This document shows positions 8,771 through 19,178 of a DNA stretch of 64,000 nucleotides, piece after piece. The stretch spans positions 130,688 to 194,687 of the forward strand of contig CAWEQU010000003.1 of assembly GCA_963811305.1 (NCBI GenBank), written 5' to 3'. The translations under genes and the position numbers were made by a program. The stretch comes from an uncultured Chloroflexia bacterium. GTDB taxonomy: Bacteria; Chloroflexota; Chloroflexia; QHBQ01; JADMIH01. Each line of letters begins with the position of its first letter. Positions within the stretch are counted from its first letter, which is position 1. Under the pieces are notes generated by a model. The model was not told where the DNA came from. It did no database searches and was given only the letters and a program-made list of their open reading frames with translations.

Positions 8771-9475
8771 AAACACATGCAGCTTGACCTGAGACAAATA
8801 TGGAGCGGCCTGCGTAAGCGGTGGTGGCTGGCGTTGTTGGTGATGCTGTCGGCTGCCGCCGTCGCGTACCTTTACACCAATGCACAGCCGCGTGTGTATC
8901 AGGCGCAGGTGACACTTGTGGCAAAGCCTGTACCTCCTGATAATGGTCTCATAGAGGCGATCAAGAAAACTATGAGCACCTACGCCCAGGAGCTGGGGAG
9001 CAAGAGCCTCTGGACGTCTGTGGTAGATGGTAATTTGATGCGCACGGTGGACCTGAGCGCATTGTCCGGCCAGATAAAGGTGCAGCCACGTCCCGACCAA
9101 AACTCACTCGTTATGACGGTGGATAATCAAGACAGTGTGTTGGCCGCACAGATAGCAGAGGCTATCTCGCAGGCGTTCGTGGAGCGCCAGACCGCAGAGA
9201 ACCAGGCTCTGGCGAGTGGTAATAAGGTCGTGTGGGTGATAGCCCAGGCTGCCGAAGTGCCCTCTCAGCCCTACCAGCCTCGCCCGCTCTTGTATGCGGG
9301 TGCGGCGGCTTTATTTGGCCTTATACTCGGCCTTCTATTGGCAATTGGGCTTGAGTTGCTGGACACGACGATTAAGACTCCTGCGGATATCAAGCAGTAT
9401 ACGGAGCTTAACACGCTGGGGATAATTCCACGTGCTAGCAAGGACGAAGGACGAAGGACGAAGGACGACGGATAG
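8765..9475 (+). CDS. Polysaccharide co-polymerase (Wzz/CpsC-like), paralogue 2
   Basis: N-terminal TM (WWLALLVMLSAAAVAYLY), and C-terminal TM plus LELLDTTIKTPADIKQYTELNTLGIIPR. The final residues (KDEGRRTKDDG*) are encoded by the (GGACGAA)n array. Confidence 0.6.
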   Translation: MNKHMQLDLRQIWSGLRKRWWLALLVMLSAAAVAYLYTNAQPRVYQAQVTLVAKPVPPDNGLIEAIKKTMSTYAQELGSKSLWTSVVDGNLMRTVDLSALSGQIKVQPRPDQNSLVMTVDNQDSVLAAQIAEAISQAFVERQTAENQALASGNKVVWVIAQAAEVPSQPYQPRPLLYAGAAALFGLILGLLLAIGLELLDTTIKTPADIKQYTELNTLGIIPRASKDEGRRTKDDG

Positions 9476-9528
9476 GGATTCTCTATCACCTATTACCAGC
9501 TACCAGCCACTAACTACCGGAGGGACAA

Positions 9529-10233
9529 TTGGCAAGACGAGTCAAAACTAAGGAAGAGAGCAGCGCGGGCCTGGTTGCCCTTACGGAGCCGAGGTCGGCG
9601 GCGGCGGAGGCGTTTCGCGCTTTGCGGACCAATATTCAGTTCGCCAGCCCCGATAAGCCTGTGCATACCATACTGGCGACCTCTACCAGTCCCGATGACG
9701 GCAAATCCACGACCATCGCCAATCTTGCGATAACGTTCGCCGCCGCCGGGTCGCCTACGATATTGGTAGACGCCGATTTGCGCCGCCCGCACCTGCACAA
9801 GCTCTTCGGCCTCTCCAACGAATCGGGCCTTACTACTCTCGTGACGGAGATGGCGCGCAAGGATGGGGGCCAGGACGTTGACCTGCCTTTGCAGGATACG
9901 GAAGTGCCTAATCTGCAGGTGCTGACGAGTGGACCTGTGCCGCCTAACCCCGCCGAGATATTGGCTTCGCAGCGCATGGCCGATATACTGGCCCTCCTCC
10001 GTAACAAAGCTGAATACGTGCTGATAGATACCCCTCCCGTGATCGCCGTGACGGATGCAGCCGTGCTGGCTCCCCGCGTAGATGGAGTCTTCCTGGTGTT
10101 AAATGCAGGTAAGACGCGACGCGACCTTGCCTCTAAAGCACGCGACATCCTCCGGCAAGTAAACGCCAACCTCCTGGGCGTAGTGCTGAACAACGCCAAG
10201 CTCGATAAGAGCGCGTACGAGTATTATGGCTAG
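9529..10233 (+). CDS. BY-kinase (CpsD/CapB-type tyrosine-protein kinase); putative TTG start
   Basis: Walker A PDDGKSTT, Walker A' VDADLRRP, Walker B VLIDTPP. Lies downstream of the CpsC-like genes. Confidence 0.8.
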   Translation: MARRVKTKEESSAGLVALTEPRSAAAEAFRALRTNIQFASPDKPVHTILATSTSPDDGKSTTIANLAITFAAAGSPTILVDADLRRPHLHKLFGLSNESGLTTLVTEMARKDGGQDVDLPLQDTEVPNLQVLTSGPVPPNPAEILASQRMADILALLRNKAEYVLIDTPPVIAVTDAAVLAPRVDGVFLVLNAGKTRRDLASKARDILRQVNANLLGVVLNNAKLDKSAYEYYG

Positions 10234-10312
10234 GAATCAGGAGTCAGGAATCAGTAGAATATGAGTCCTAATCCCTGATTCCTGACTCCTGACCCCTAAT
10301 CCCTGACCCCTA
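10234..10312. repeat. Inverted word arrays forming a hairpin (GAATCAG/GAGTCAG with CTGATTC/CTGACCC)
   Basis: ggaatcaggagtcaggaatcag...aatccctgattcctgactcctgacccctaatccctgacccc, between the kinase and the phosphatase. Confidence 0.85.
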
Positions 10313-10314
10313 AA

Positions 10315-11094
10315 GTGATAGACATCCACACTCATATCATCCCTGACCTCGATGATGGGCCGCCCGATATGAAGACTTCGGTTGGTATGGGGCGCGTGGC
10401 GGCTGAGGAAGGGATAGAGGCTATCATCTCCACATCGCATAGCGAAGAAGCCTCCAATGTAGGGCTTGAAGCTATGCAGGCACGCTTGCTGGCTGTGCAG
10501 GGAGCGTGGGTCGCGGCGGGATTGAATATACGCCTTGAGCTGGGGGTGGAGATTTTCTTGCGACCTGACACGCCCGCTGCTCTCAAGTCGGGCGCGCTCT
10601 GGACGCTTGCGGGAAGCCGGTACGTATTGGTCGAAACTCCGTACCAGCCGTGGCCCACCTACGCCGACCAGACGCTATTCAACCTGCAACTGGCTGGATA
10701 CATCCCTATCCTCGCCCACCCTGAACGCTATATCCCTATTCAAAATGACCCCAACCGCATGTATGCTCTTGTGGAGAGGGGTGTGCTGGCGCAGGTGACG
10801 GCAGCCGCGCTCCTGGGCGAGCATGGGCCTGCATCGAGGCGATGCGCCGAGACGTTGGTGCGTCACAACCTGGCTCATTTCCTTGCGTCGGACGCTCACG
10901 GGCTGACGGTGCGGAGGCGTATGCCGCAATTGCGCGAAGCGTTGAGAGTCGCTGAAGGATTGGTAGGTGCGGAAGCTGCTCGTGCGTTAGTTCAGGACAA
11001 CCCTGCAAGGATACTTGCGAATATGCCTCTCGAAGTCACCCCTGAAAGGGTAAGCGGGAAGAAGTGGTCTTTAGGGGGCCTGTTCAGAGGCTAA
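10315..11094 (+). CDS. PHP-family protein-tyrosine phosphatase (CpsB/YwqE-type); GTG start
   Basis: N-terminal VIDIHTHIIPDLDDGP matches the CpsB MIDIHxHILPGxDDG motif. Confidence 0.75.
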   Translation: MIDIHTHIIPDLDDGPPDMKTSVGMGRVAAEEGIEAIISTSHSEEASNVGLEAMQARLLAVQGAWVAAGLNIRLELGVEIFLRPDTPAALKSGALWTLAGSRYVLVETPYQPWPTYADQTLFNLQLAGYIPILAHPERYIPIQNDPNRMYALVERGVLAQVTAAALLGEHGPASRRCAETLVRHNLAHFLASDAHGLTVRRRMPQLREALRVAEGLVGAEAARALVQDNPARILANMPLEVTPERVSGKKWSLGGLFRG

Positions 11095-11141
11095 GAATCT
11101 GTTCAAGAACAGAGTTGAGACGAGAGCGCCTATCAATAACG

Positions 11142-11252
11142 AAGCACTATTCTGCCTGTCATTCTGAGCGAAGCGAAGAATCTCCGAGCTTGGACGTGTG
11201 GGGGCAGCTTTAGATTCTTCGCTTCGCTCAGAATGACAGGCAAAAGCGTATT
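11142..11252. repeat. Long perfect hairpin element, GTCATTCTGAGCGAAGCGAAGAATCT family (copy 1)
   Basis: cctgtcattctgagcgaagcgaagaatctcc...loop...agattcttcgcttcgctcagaatgacagg. Related copies at 37938-38032 and 63071-63096. Confidence 0.85.
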
Positions 11253-11303
11253 GTTCTTAAATAGCCTTTTAGGAAAGCGTCTTACTTAAGGGTAACGATG
11301 CGA

Positions 11304-11567
11304 TTATCGCGGGAGCGCAGCCCTTATTTTTGTTTCAAGCTCCTCGATCTCTTGCATCACCTGTTTATGAGGCACCAGGATTGCTGTGCCTGAGCGGTAA
11401 TCTTGCAAGGCCTCCCTGACTGCCTCAACTTGCCATGATTGCTCATCTACGTAGTTTATTATCGCTTGCTCAATAACCCACGATTTAGGACGCTCCATTG
11501 AGGCAGCGAGCGCATCTAACTTGGCAGCAAGCTCATCTTCTAAGTAGATAAATATGATTTTTGGCAT
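11304..11567 (-). CDS. Ribbon-helix-helix (CopG/ParD-like) small DNA-binding protein
   Basis: 87 aa. N-terminal IIFIYLEDELAAKLDALAASMERPKSWVIEQAI is the RHH pattern. No toxin partner found. Confidence 0.45.
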   Translation of the reverse strand: MPKIIFIYLEDELAAKLDALAASMERPKSWVIEQAIINYVDEQSWQVEAVREALQDYRSGTAILVPHKQVMQEIEELETKIRAALPR

Positions 11568-11600
11568 AGCACGTCCCGATAATCAACTTTACTCTGCTGT

Positions 11601-13750
11601 TCATATACTAAACAGCGATCTTACGGTCCTTGCTGCACGCTCAGGCTGTAGTTCTGCTTTCAGCAGCGTATGGGGCGTTTCGCCCGCGACGATAAGCACC
11701 GCAGTATCGTAGGTCGTGCCGAGGCCATCTATCGTGAAGCTTACGTCGCCTGAGGGGCCGACCTCTACGGGCTGTATCTCGAAGCCATTCCTATTGAGCT
11801 TTATGGCGGCAAGGTAAATTGCTGGGGGAGGGAGTTGTGGATGCGGGCGAAGCCCGTACTCTGCCAGCCGGTGTCGCTCTCGGCGTCATCGACGTAGCCA
11901 AGCTCAGGGATCGAGATGTCGTCTACGGCGAACCCCTGCGCGTTGTAGCCGTCGTCGGTGATGTACTCGAAGCGGAGCATCACCTCTTTGCCCGCGTATT
12001 CGCCCAGGTCTATGCTTTCCTTTAGCCATCCGCCAGGGTCGGCACCTGATTGGTCCTTGCTCTTGCCCGTATAGCCGTTGCCCTGGTTGGTGCCGTTGGG
12101 GTTATCGGTAGTGGTGTACTCACCTTTGAGGCTGGCCCAGGTTGCGCCGCCATCCGTGGAAGCTTCTACGTAGGCGAAGTCGAAGGTCTTCTCGACGTCG
12201 AACCACGCGTAGAAGTCCAGGGTGGCCGCTTGCAGGTTCCGAAGGTCGAACGCCCGCGTCATGTTCATATTGCTCACGTCGCCCCGGTTGCTCCACCATA
12301 TAGAAGAGCCACTGTGCGCGGGTGGGTCTATCACTCGTGTTTCGGTTTTGCCCGTAAAGTGAACATTCAATGAATTGCCGCTGTCCGGCGCGCTCAACTC
12401 TATGTAGTCAGTCCCGAACTGCGACACCGTACCCCTGTAGTCCTTCGGGTAGCTGCCCACCCTAACGTGTGGCGATACGCTCACGTCGCGGTCGGGGTAA
12501 TCGAGGCCCTCTCTCGCCGCACTTTCCTGACCATCCAGGAGGTTTGCTACCGTCCATCGCTCAAACACGTCCTTGAACTGCTCCTGCTTGCCGAGGGCCT
12601 TTAGCGCATTGTCAATCGCATCGATGCCCGTGCCTGTGGACGATACGATGTCTTTAAGTATTTCTTTGCCGCCGTAGTGCGCTCGTATGTAATCAAGGAA
12701 GAGGAAGGCCGCGCCGTAATGGGGACCCGACTCATTGGGGGTGGCCTCCCAGGCGTTGAGTCTGTATATCGGTGTCGATCATGAAATCGAAGTCTACACC
12801 TACGTCCTCGTAGCCGTTGAGCGCGCTCGCCAGCACCGCCATTCCTTCGTTGAGCCATACGTCGTGATTGGCGTGCTCGTTCCAGTGGATCATATGCTGG
12901 TGCTCGTGGGCGAGGGTGCTTTCGACGCCGAACCAGCCGCTGCCGGTGTTGATATAGATCATCTCGCGCTCATTGCTGAACGGGTTGATAGCGCGGGTGT
13001 ACTCGTCCGCGGACGAGTAATATCCGCCGACATTCGGTATGTCGGCGAAAAGCACGGTGAGGCGAGGGTCGTTGTCCACGCCTGGCGACCACTCGGAGCC
13101 AAATAGCGAACGATTGTTGGGGTATATTTGCTCATCGAAGGCGAGCGCCGCATCCTCTAGCGCGGACCTGTCAATAGGTTTGCCGTCCTGAGCGTACCAG
13201 TAGGCGTGGTCGGTGACCCTCTGTATTGTGGCAGTGACTGTGTAATACCTGTGCTCGCTGATGTTGTTGACGTAGAAGGTATCGGTATGACCCTCCTGGT
13301 AATTACTGGGTGGGTTGCCTGTAGTGTGAGGGATGGGGGTTGTGCTCTTCAGCTTGAGTCTCTGGACGATGGAGTAAAGGTCGCGCTTGGGGACCTCGAT
13401 GCTATCCAAAAGCCGTAGCGTGGCATCCGCATCAGCAGAGACGGTGGCGTTTGGCGAAGGCGTAATGTCACCTGCCCCTACGCTGGGCGATGCTACAGGT
13501 GTAACGCTTGCCGTGCCGAGGCTAATGGCGGTAGGGACTGGCGTGCCCAGGCGAGTTGGCTGGGAGGTTACCTGCGCGATGACGGTGGGCGTGGCCGAAG
13601 GTCGTGGCGCCAACCTAACAGGTATGTTGATGCGATAACCAGCGCCGATACGCCAATTACGAGCGCAATGGTAAGAGCTATCAGCTTCGGTGTGCGGTCA
13701 GGGGGCTGTGGGGTATAGTTGCCGGTAGGTTGATATGGGGGAAGTGACAT
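11601..13750 (-). CDS. M6-family (immune inhibitor A-like) metalloprotease; reading frame interrupted by at least three apparent frameshifts at G/C homopolymers
   Basis: HEHQHMIHW zinc motif. Contiguous homology continues across frames: N-terminal signal/TM in ORF 13568-13750, catalytic part 12732-13613, then 11801-12770, then the C-terminus at 11601-11800. The junctions lie at ggggg/ccccc runs. Confidence 0.6.
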
Positions 13751-13756
13751 AGTGTG

Positions 13757-14251
13757 TTATTGCTCTTTCAAAGGCTCAGAGAATAGGAGCCAGGCGAAGT
13801 TTATGCCGAGGAATATCATCGCTGAGAAGAGGATACCCTCTAGCTCCAGGGGCTGGAGGGCGATACCCAGGTCTTGCCCCACCTCCGGTCTCAACGCGAT
13901 CAGGGTTATGAGTGCATACAAAGGCACCGTTATCCATTGCACCACGCGGGGTATCTGTATACTTTCTTCCTCTACCTTTACGGCGTTGATGACTATCACG
14001 GTGGCAATCATACCAACCAGTCCAGCAATACCGAAGGTCACTTGCCACAGGTATCTGGCGTCACCGGCGATGAGGGCTACAAGGGACATCATTCCTGGCA
14101 CGAGGAAGTAGAGCGACACTGCGTGCGCCATCCGCCGGTATCCCGGTTTTCGCATCCACTCTGCATGTCTGAACTGCACCACGGCCCACCAGAATCCCAG
14201 GAGGGTAAAACATAACTGTGCAGTGGTGGCGTAAAAGGTCTCTACGGACAT
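13757..14251 (-). CDS. Hypothetical polytopic membrane protein (~4 TM)
   Basis: Hydrophobic ORF. Start chosen at MSVETFY. The upstream part of the six-frame ORF is translation of the (GACGATA/GGACGAT) array (SIVHRPSS...). Confidence 0.45.
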   Translation of the reverse strand: MSVETFYATTAQLCFTLLGFWWAVVQFRHAEWMRKPGYRRMAHAVSLYFLVPGMMSLVALIAGDARYLWQVTFGIAGLVGMIATVIVINAVKVEEESIQIPRVVQWITVPLYALITLIALRPEVGQDLGIALQPLELEGILFSAMIFLGINFAWLLFSEPLKEQ

Positions 14252-14263
14252 ACCTTTGCTCTC

Positions 14264-14351
14264 GGACGATAGACGATAGACGATAGACGATAGACGATGG
14301 ACGATGGACGATGGACGATGGACGATGGACGATGGACGATGGACGATAGAC
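14264..14351. repeat. (GACGATA)x4 plus (GGACGAT)x7 word array
   Basis: Direct reading. Confidence 0.9.
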
Positions 14352-14511
14352 CATGAAGTCAATAAAAGGATAGCATATTGTGGGGTGGGTGGCGAGTTCT
14401 AGCCGATAAATGAAAGAGGTGTTGGGCGCGCCCAACACCTCTTTCATATGTAGATACAGAGTGTAGGTACAGGAATTGGACTTTCGCTTACGGGTTTGCA
14501 CACGCCTGCTG

Positions 14512-16704
14512 TTAGCTTTTGTATGTTAGCAGCCTCATCCCGTTGAGGGTTACCAGGAGGGAGACGCCCATGTCGGCCAGGATCGCGCCCCATAAGGGGA
14601 GCATACCGAGGCTTGCGAGAATGAGGGCTATTACTTTCGTCGCCAGCGATACGCCTATATTGGCCTTGATGACGCCTAATGCCTTGCGTGAGAGGGTTAT
14701 CGCGTAGGGGAGGCGCGAGAGGTCGTCGCTCATCAGGGCGACCTCAGCGACTTCCAATGCGGCATCTGTGCCTGCGATGCCCATGGCGATGCCCACGTCG
14801 GCGGTGGCGAGTGCAGGCGCGTCGTTCACGCCGTCGCCTACCATTGCTATGGGGCCATGCTCCGCGGCGATGCGCCGGACTGCTTCTACCTTCTCGGCTG
14901 GGAGAAGCTCAGCGTGGCAGCTATCTACATTGAGCTGGCGTGCTATCGCCTCGGCTGTTCGGCGGTTGTCGCCTGTGAGCATGGCTATATGGCGGATACC
15001 TGATTGGCGTAGCTCCTCAATCGCGGCCTGGGCGTTGGACCTGGACCTGTCGGCGAGGGCTATTATTCCCTGCACGCCGTCAGTAGTGCCCACAAGCACT
15101 GCGGTATTTCCCTCTTCATTGAGAGCGTCGAGCGTGGAAGCTATGCCATTTAGCTCGATGTGATGGTCCCTGAAGAGGCGCGGGCTGCCTACATAGATTG
15201 TCTCGCCACCTATGTCGGCGCGCGCACCCAGGCCGGGCAGGGCGGTGAAGCCAGTTGCCTCTAGCGCAGATGGGTTCTTGTGAAGATCGCGCGCCGCGTG
15301 TACGACGGCTCTCGCCAGGGGGTGCTCTGAGCGGGATTCAGCCGCAGCAGCCATTGTGAGCAACCTATCCTCGTCGCCGTCAGCAGCGCGAACGGCGACT
15401 ACCTGCGGGCGACCCTCGGTGAGAGTGCCGGTCTTGTCGAAGGCGACGACGCGCACCTTGCCCAGCGCCTCCAACGCCTCCCCGCCCTTGATAAGGACGC
15501 CATGCCTGGTAGCGGCACCGATTGCGGAGACGATGCTGACGGGCGTCGAGATGACCAGCGCGCACGGGCACGCTACCACCAGCAGCACCAGCGCGCGGTA
15601 ACCCCACTCCGCGAAGGGCTGTGCTAACAAGAGCGGGGGTATCAGCGCCACGAGGGCCGCTCCCGCTATGACCAGGGGCGTGTAAATCGCTGAGAAGCGG
15701 TCCACGAACTGCTGGGAGGGTGCGCGGCGGGCCTGGGCCTCCTCGACCATGCCGATGATGCGGGCAAGGGTGGTATCACCGGCGGCGCTTGTGCTTCGCA
15801 TGGTAAGCACGCCAGGCCCATTGATGGTCCCGGCGAAGATTTGCGATCCAGGTTCTACGTCAACCGGCACGCTTTCGCCCGTTATGGGGGACTGGTCGAT
15901 TGAAGATATACCCTGCAAGACGATGCCATCGAGGGGAACACGTTCGCCCGGACCAACCAGCACGGTCTCTCCAGGCAGTACTTCCTCTACGGAGACGCGC
16001 ACCTCACGCATGATGGGTAAGCCTGAGCTATTGTCGACGCGGCGCACAAGCGCGGTGTCCGGGGAGAGGTCCATTAGCGCGCGTATCGCGCCGCGCGTCT
16101 TTTGGAGGGTATACGCTTGCAGGGTGCCGCCGAAGGCGAAGAGGAGGACTACCGTAGCGGCTTCGGCCCAGTCGCCAAGCGCAGCCGCGCCTATCGCCGC
16201 CACGGACATGAGCAAGTTCATATCGGCCCGCCCGACGCGCAACGCGAGCAGACCCGCTCTTGCGAAGCCCAGACCGCTTATCACGATTGCCACTGCGTAG
16301 AGGGAATTGACAAACCAGGGAGCGACTCCGAAGAGCGATAGGGCGAAAGCAGCCAGCGCGAATAAGGTTCCAACGCCTGTGGTCAACACCCGGCGTTCTC
16401 GCCGCCAGAAGGGGACTTCTATCAGATGAGCACGCGCCTGGAGTGGAGTAGCTCTATAGCCAGCCTCGTTTACCTTTCGCTCGATGGTTGTTTCGATGCT
16501 GTTGAGCTTGCCTTTTGTGGGAACGACGGATAGCCTTGCAGCGCCGAAGTTCACCCGTGCTGTTTCCACGCCGGGTAGCGCGCCCACCGCCTTCTCTATG
16601 GTGCGCGCGCAGTCCCCGCAGTCCATCCCTTCGATGGTGAACTCAAGGAGGGCATTCGATTTTGGATTTTGGATTTTGGATTTTGGATTTTCTGTGGTAA
16701 TCAT
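14512..16704 (-). CDS. Heavy-metal (Zn/Cd/Pb-type) translocating P1B-ATPase
   Basis: N-terminal HMA GMDCGDC, CPCALVISTP transmembrane motif (ZntA/CadA type), DKTGTLT phosphorylation site and GDGVNDAPAL. The first 16 codons (MITTENPKSKIQNPKS) are encoded by the TTTTGGA array. Confidence 0.85.
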   Translation of the reverse strand: MITTENPKSKIQNPKSNALLEFTIEGMDCGDCARTIEKAVGALPGVETARVNFGAARLSVVPTKGKLNSIETTIERKVNEAGYRATPLQARAHLIEVPFWRRERRVLTTGVGTLFALAAFALSLFGVAPWFVNSLYAVAIVISGLGFARAGLLALRVGRADMNLLMSVAAIGAAALGDWAEAATVVLLFAFGGTLQAYTLQKTRGAIRALMDLSPDTALVRRVDNSSGLPIMREVRVSVEEVLPGETVLVGPGERVPLDGIVLQGISSIDQSPITGESVPVDVEPGSQIFAGTINGPGVLTMRSTSAAGDTTLARIIGMVEEAQARRAPSQQFVDRFSAIYTPLVIAGAALVALIPPLLLAQPFAEWGYRALVLLVVACPCALVISTPVSIVSAIGAATRHGVLIKGGEALEALGKVRVVAFDKTGTLTEGRPQVVAVRAADGDEDRLLTMAAAAESRSEHPLARAVVHAARDLHKNPSALEATGFTALPGLGARADIGGETIYVGSPRLFRDHHIELNGIASTLDALNEEGNTAVLVGTTDGVQGIIALADRSRSNAQAAIEELRQSGIRHIAMLTGDNRRTAEAIARQLNVDSCHAELLPAEKVEAVRRIAAEHGPIAMVGDGVNDAPALATADVGIAMGIAGTDAALEVAEVALMSDDLSRLPYAITLSRKALGVIKANIGVSLATKVIALILASLGMLPLWGAILADMGVSLLVTLNGMRLLTYKS

Positions 16705-16732
16705 TTGTGGGTTCTTATTCTTTGCGTTTAGG

Positions 16733-17140
16733 CTAGTAGTCCCGGACGTGCTCCAAGCAGACTGCTAACAGGGTACGGATATGCTCGTCATCGAGAGAGT
16801 GGTAGATTACTTTGCCGTTGCGCCTGCTCCTGATGAGGTGAAGGTGACGTAAGACCCGCAGGTGCTGGGAGACTGCCAACTCGCTGATGCCAGCTATGGC
16901 TGCCAGGTCGCAGGTGCATAGCTCCTGGCTGAGGAGGCTGTAGACTATCTTGGCGCGGCTCGGGTCAGCGAGCGCCTGGAAGGTGGCAGCTAACGCATGG
17001 TATTCGTGCTGCGGTAAGAGCGCCTCACGCCCGGCGCGCACGCTTTCAGGGTGGACGCAACGCGTCTCGCATACGTCGCTTGCAGGTTTAGTGCGAAGCA
17101 AGGTTATTGCCGCTTTCTTCTTTTCCTTTACAATAGCCAT
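16733..17140 (-). CDS. ArsR/SmtB-family metalloregulator (CadC/CmtR-like)
   Basis: ELCTCDLAAIAGISELAVSQHLRVL is the HTH with the metal-binding Cys motif. Lies directly upstream of the P-type ATPase on the same strand. Confidence 0.75.
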   Translation of the reverse strand: MAIVKEKKKAAITLLRTKPASDVCETRCVHPESVRAGREALLPQHEYHALAATFQALADPSRAKIVYSLLSQELCTCDLAAIAGISELAVSQHLRVLRHLHLIRSRRNGKVIYHSLDDEHIRTLLAVCLEHVRDY

Positions 17141-17257
17141 TTTTGCTCCTGTTCGATTTAGCAATCACTTAATCGTTAATGATATTATATGATATTTTGT
17201 GTGGGATAGCAACCTTTTTAGTGTGGATAAGTGCGTAGGATCGAGGTAAAGGGTAAA

Positions 17258-17320
17258 CCTTCTCTTCCTTCTAAATATTGGCTCCAGCGGAGCCAATATT
17301 TAGAAGGAAGAGAAGTTGGG
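17258..17320. repeat. Long perfect palindrome (AT-rich arms, GC loop) in the arsR upstream region
   Basis: cttctcttccttctaaatattggctccagcggagccaatatttagaaggaagagaag. Confidence 0.8.
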
Positions 17321-17747
17321 GTTGGGCGCAGGGAAATGATGGTTGGATGTGCAAAAACCATTGACACCACCCTATGGCGGGTGTAACATCCGCACACCTC
17401 AAGGCCGGGCACGTAACTCGGCGGCGTACGGAAATATGAAGCGAAGCAAGGGTTATTGGAAAGTGGAAAGGGTTGCCCCTATGCGTACCGACTGGATATT
17501 GTTTACATTGCTGGGTCTGCTATGGCTAGGGGCCGGGGGCATACACCTGAGATTGCCACGCCGTCAAAAGGACCAATCGCCGGAGATAGAGGAGTGAAAC
17601 GTGACGACGGACGATAGACGATAGACGATAGACGATAGACGATAATGTCTGATGCGTGATACGTAAGTCTATTGCCTAGCGCATAAACTCTTATAAAATC
17701 TTAGCGTTCTTGGTTATCTTTGCGTCTTGGCGTTTAATAATCACGCA

Positions 17748-19041
17748 TCAATCCTTCACGCGCCTGACTTTTGCGCCTAGAGTTTGCAGGCGGGTTTCGA
17801 TGGCTTCGTAGCCCCGGTCTATCTGGCGGACGTTGGAGATTGTGCTTGTGCCCTGGGCACACAGAGCGGCTTGCAAGAGGGCCATGCCTGCTCGTATGTC
17901 GGGGCTGGTGATCTCGTCGGCGCGCAGCTTCACTTTTCCCACTACTACCGCACGGTGCGGGTCGCACAGTACGATGCGTGCGCCCATGCTTATCAAGCTG
18001 TCCACGAAGAAGAGGCGGCTCTCGAACATCTTTTCGAATATGAGCACGGTGCCCTCGGACTGGGTAGCCGTAACGAGGGCGATACTCATCAGGTCGCTGG
18101 GGAAGGCGGGCCAGATGCCGTCGTCTATCTTCGGCACGGCGTCATGCACATCGTACTCTACCTTGAGGTCCTGCCCGCCAGGCACCACTATATCCTCACC
18201 ATCCACGTCTACGCGCACGCCCAGCTTCTTGAAGATATACCGCACCATGCGGAGATGCTCCGGCACGGCCTTGCGGATGCGTAATTCCCCGCCCGTTGCC
18301 GCCGCGAGACCTATGAAGCTTCCCACCTCGATGTGGTCCGACATGATGGTGTGCTCGCCACCATGTAGACCCCCGGTTGTGCCCTCGATGGTAAGGGTGT
18401 TGGTGCCGATGCCGCTTATGCGCGCACCGAGGCAGTTGAGCATATGGCAGAGGTCTTGCACATGAGGCTCGGAGGCGGCGTTGCCGACGATAGTTGTGCC
18501 ATCGGCGCAGACCGCCGCGAGGATGGCCTGCTCGGTGCCGGTCACGCTTGCCTCGTCGAGGAAGATGTCGGCTCCACGCAGGCGCTCTGCGCTCATTTCG
18601 TAGCGGTCATCTTTTACGCTGACCGTAGCTCCCAGCGCCTCTAAAGCCAGCTTGTGCGTGTCTATGCGCCTGCGGCCAATGCTGTCGCCTCCAGGTTGTC
18701 CGACTATAGCGTGTCCTCTGCGCGCCAGGAGCGGCCCGGCCATCAGGAGCGATCCACGCACTTTCGATCCGAGGTCCTGGTCGGGGTGGCTGTCTATACC
18801 GGAAGAGCGCAAGGTGACAACGTGCTCTGTTGCCAGTTGCGAAGTCCTCTACCTCTACGCCCATCTTCCTCAACAGCCTCAAGAGGACGCGAATGTCCTC
18901 GATGTTGGGCACATTGCGCAAGGTAACGGGCGCGTCGGTGAGAAGGCAGGCTGCCAGCATCGGCTGGGCCGAGTTCTTATTTCCGGCAGGGGTTATCTCC
19001 CCGTGTAATGGGCGTCCGCCTTCGACTATTAGCTTTTCCAT
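17748..19041 (-). CDS. murA: UDP-N-acetylglucosamine 1-carboxyvinyltransferase MurA; apparent 1-nt frameshift near 18830 (probably a sequence error, as the gene is essential)
   Basis: N-terminus [31 protein letters not shown] is the MurA start. The rest (…[35 protein letters not shown]…) continues in an adjacent frame. Confidence 0.75.
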
Positions 19042-19059
19042 TGAGCTCCTGTGTAGTTC

Positions 19060-19137
19060 GGACGAAAGATGAAGGACGATAGACGATAGACGATAGACGA
19101 TAGACGATAGACGACGGACGACGGACGACGGACGATT
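19060..19137. repeat. (GACGATA)n plus (GACGGAC)n word array upstream of murA
   Basis: Direct reading. Confidence 0.9.
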
Positions 19138-19178
19138 GATAATGAGTACTGCTTCTGCCTTCTGCCTTCTGTCTTCTA

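Noticed and set aside
17343-17597. Small + ORF (84 aa; possible 38-aa membrane peptide from 17481)
   Set aside because: No supporting signals beyond a hydrophobic stretch. It sits in a repeat-rich intergenic region, so it is too uncertain to call.
17748-19041. Calling murA (and rodZ, the ABC exporter, the Ser/Thr kinase) pseudogenes because of frame breaks
   Set aside because: Homology is continuous across each break, the genes are normally essential, and breaks recur at homopolymers throughout the window. Assembly indels are the more parsimonious explanation.
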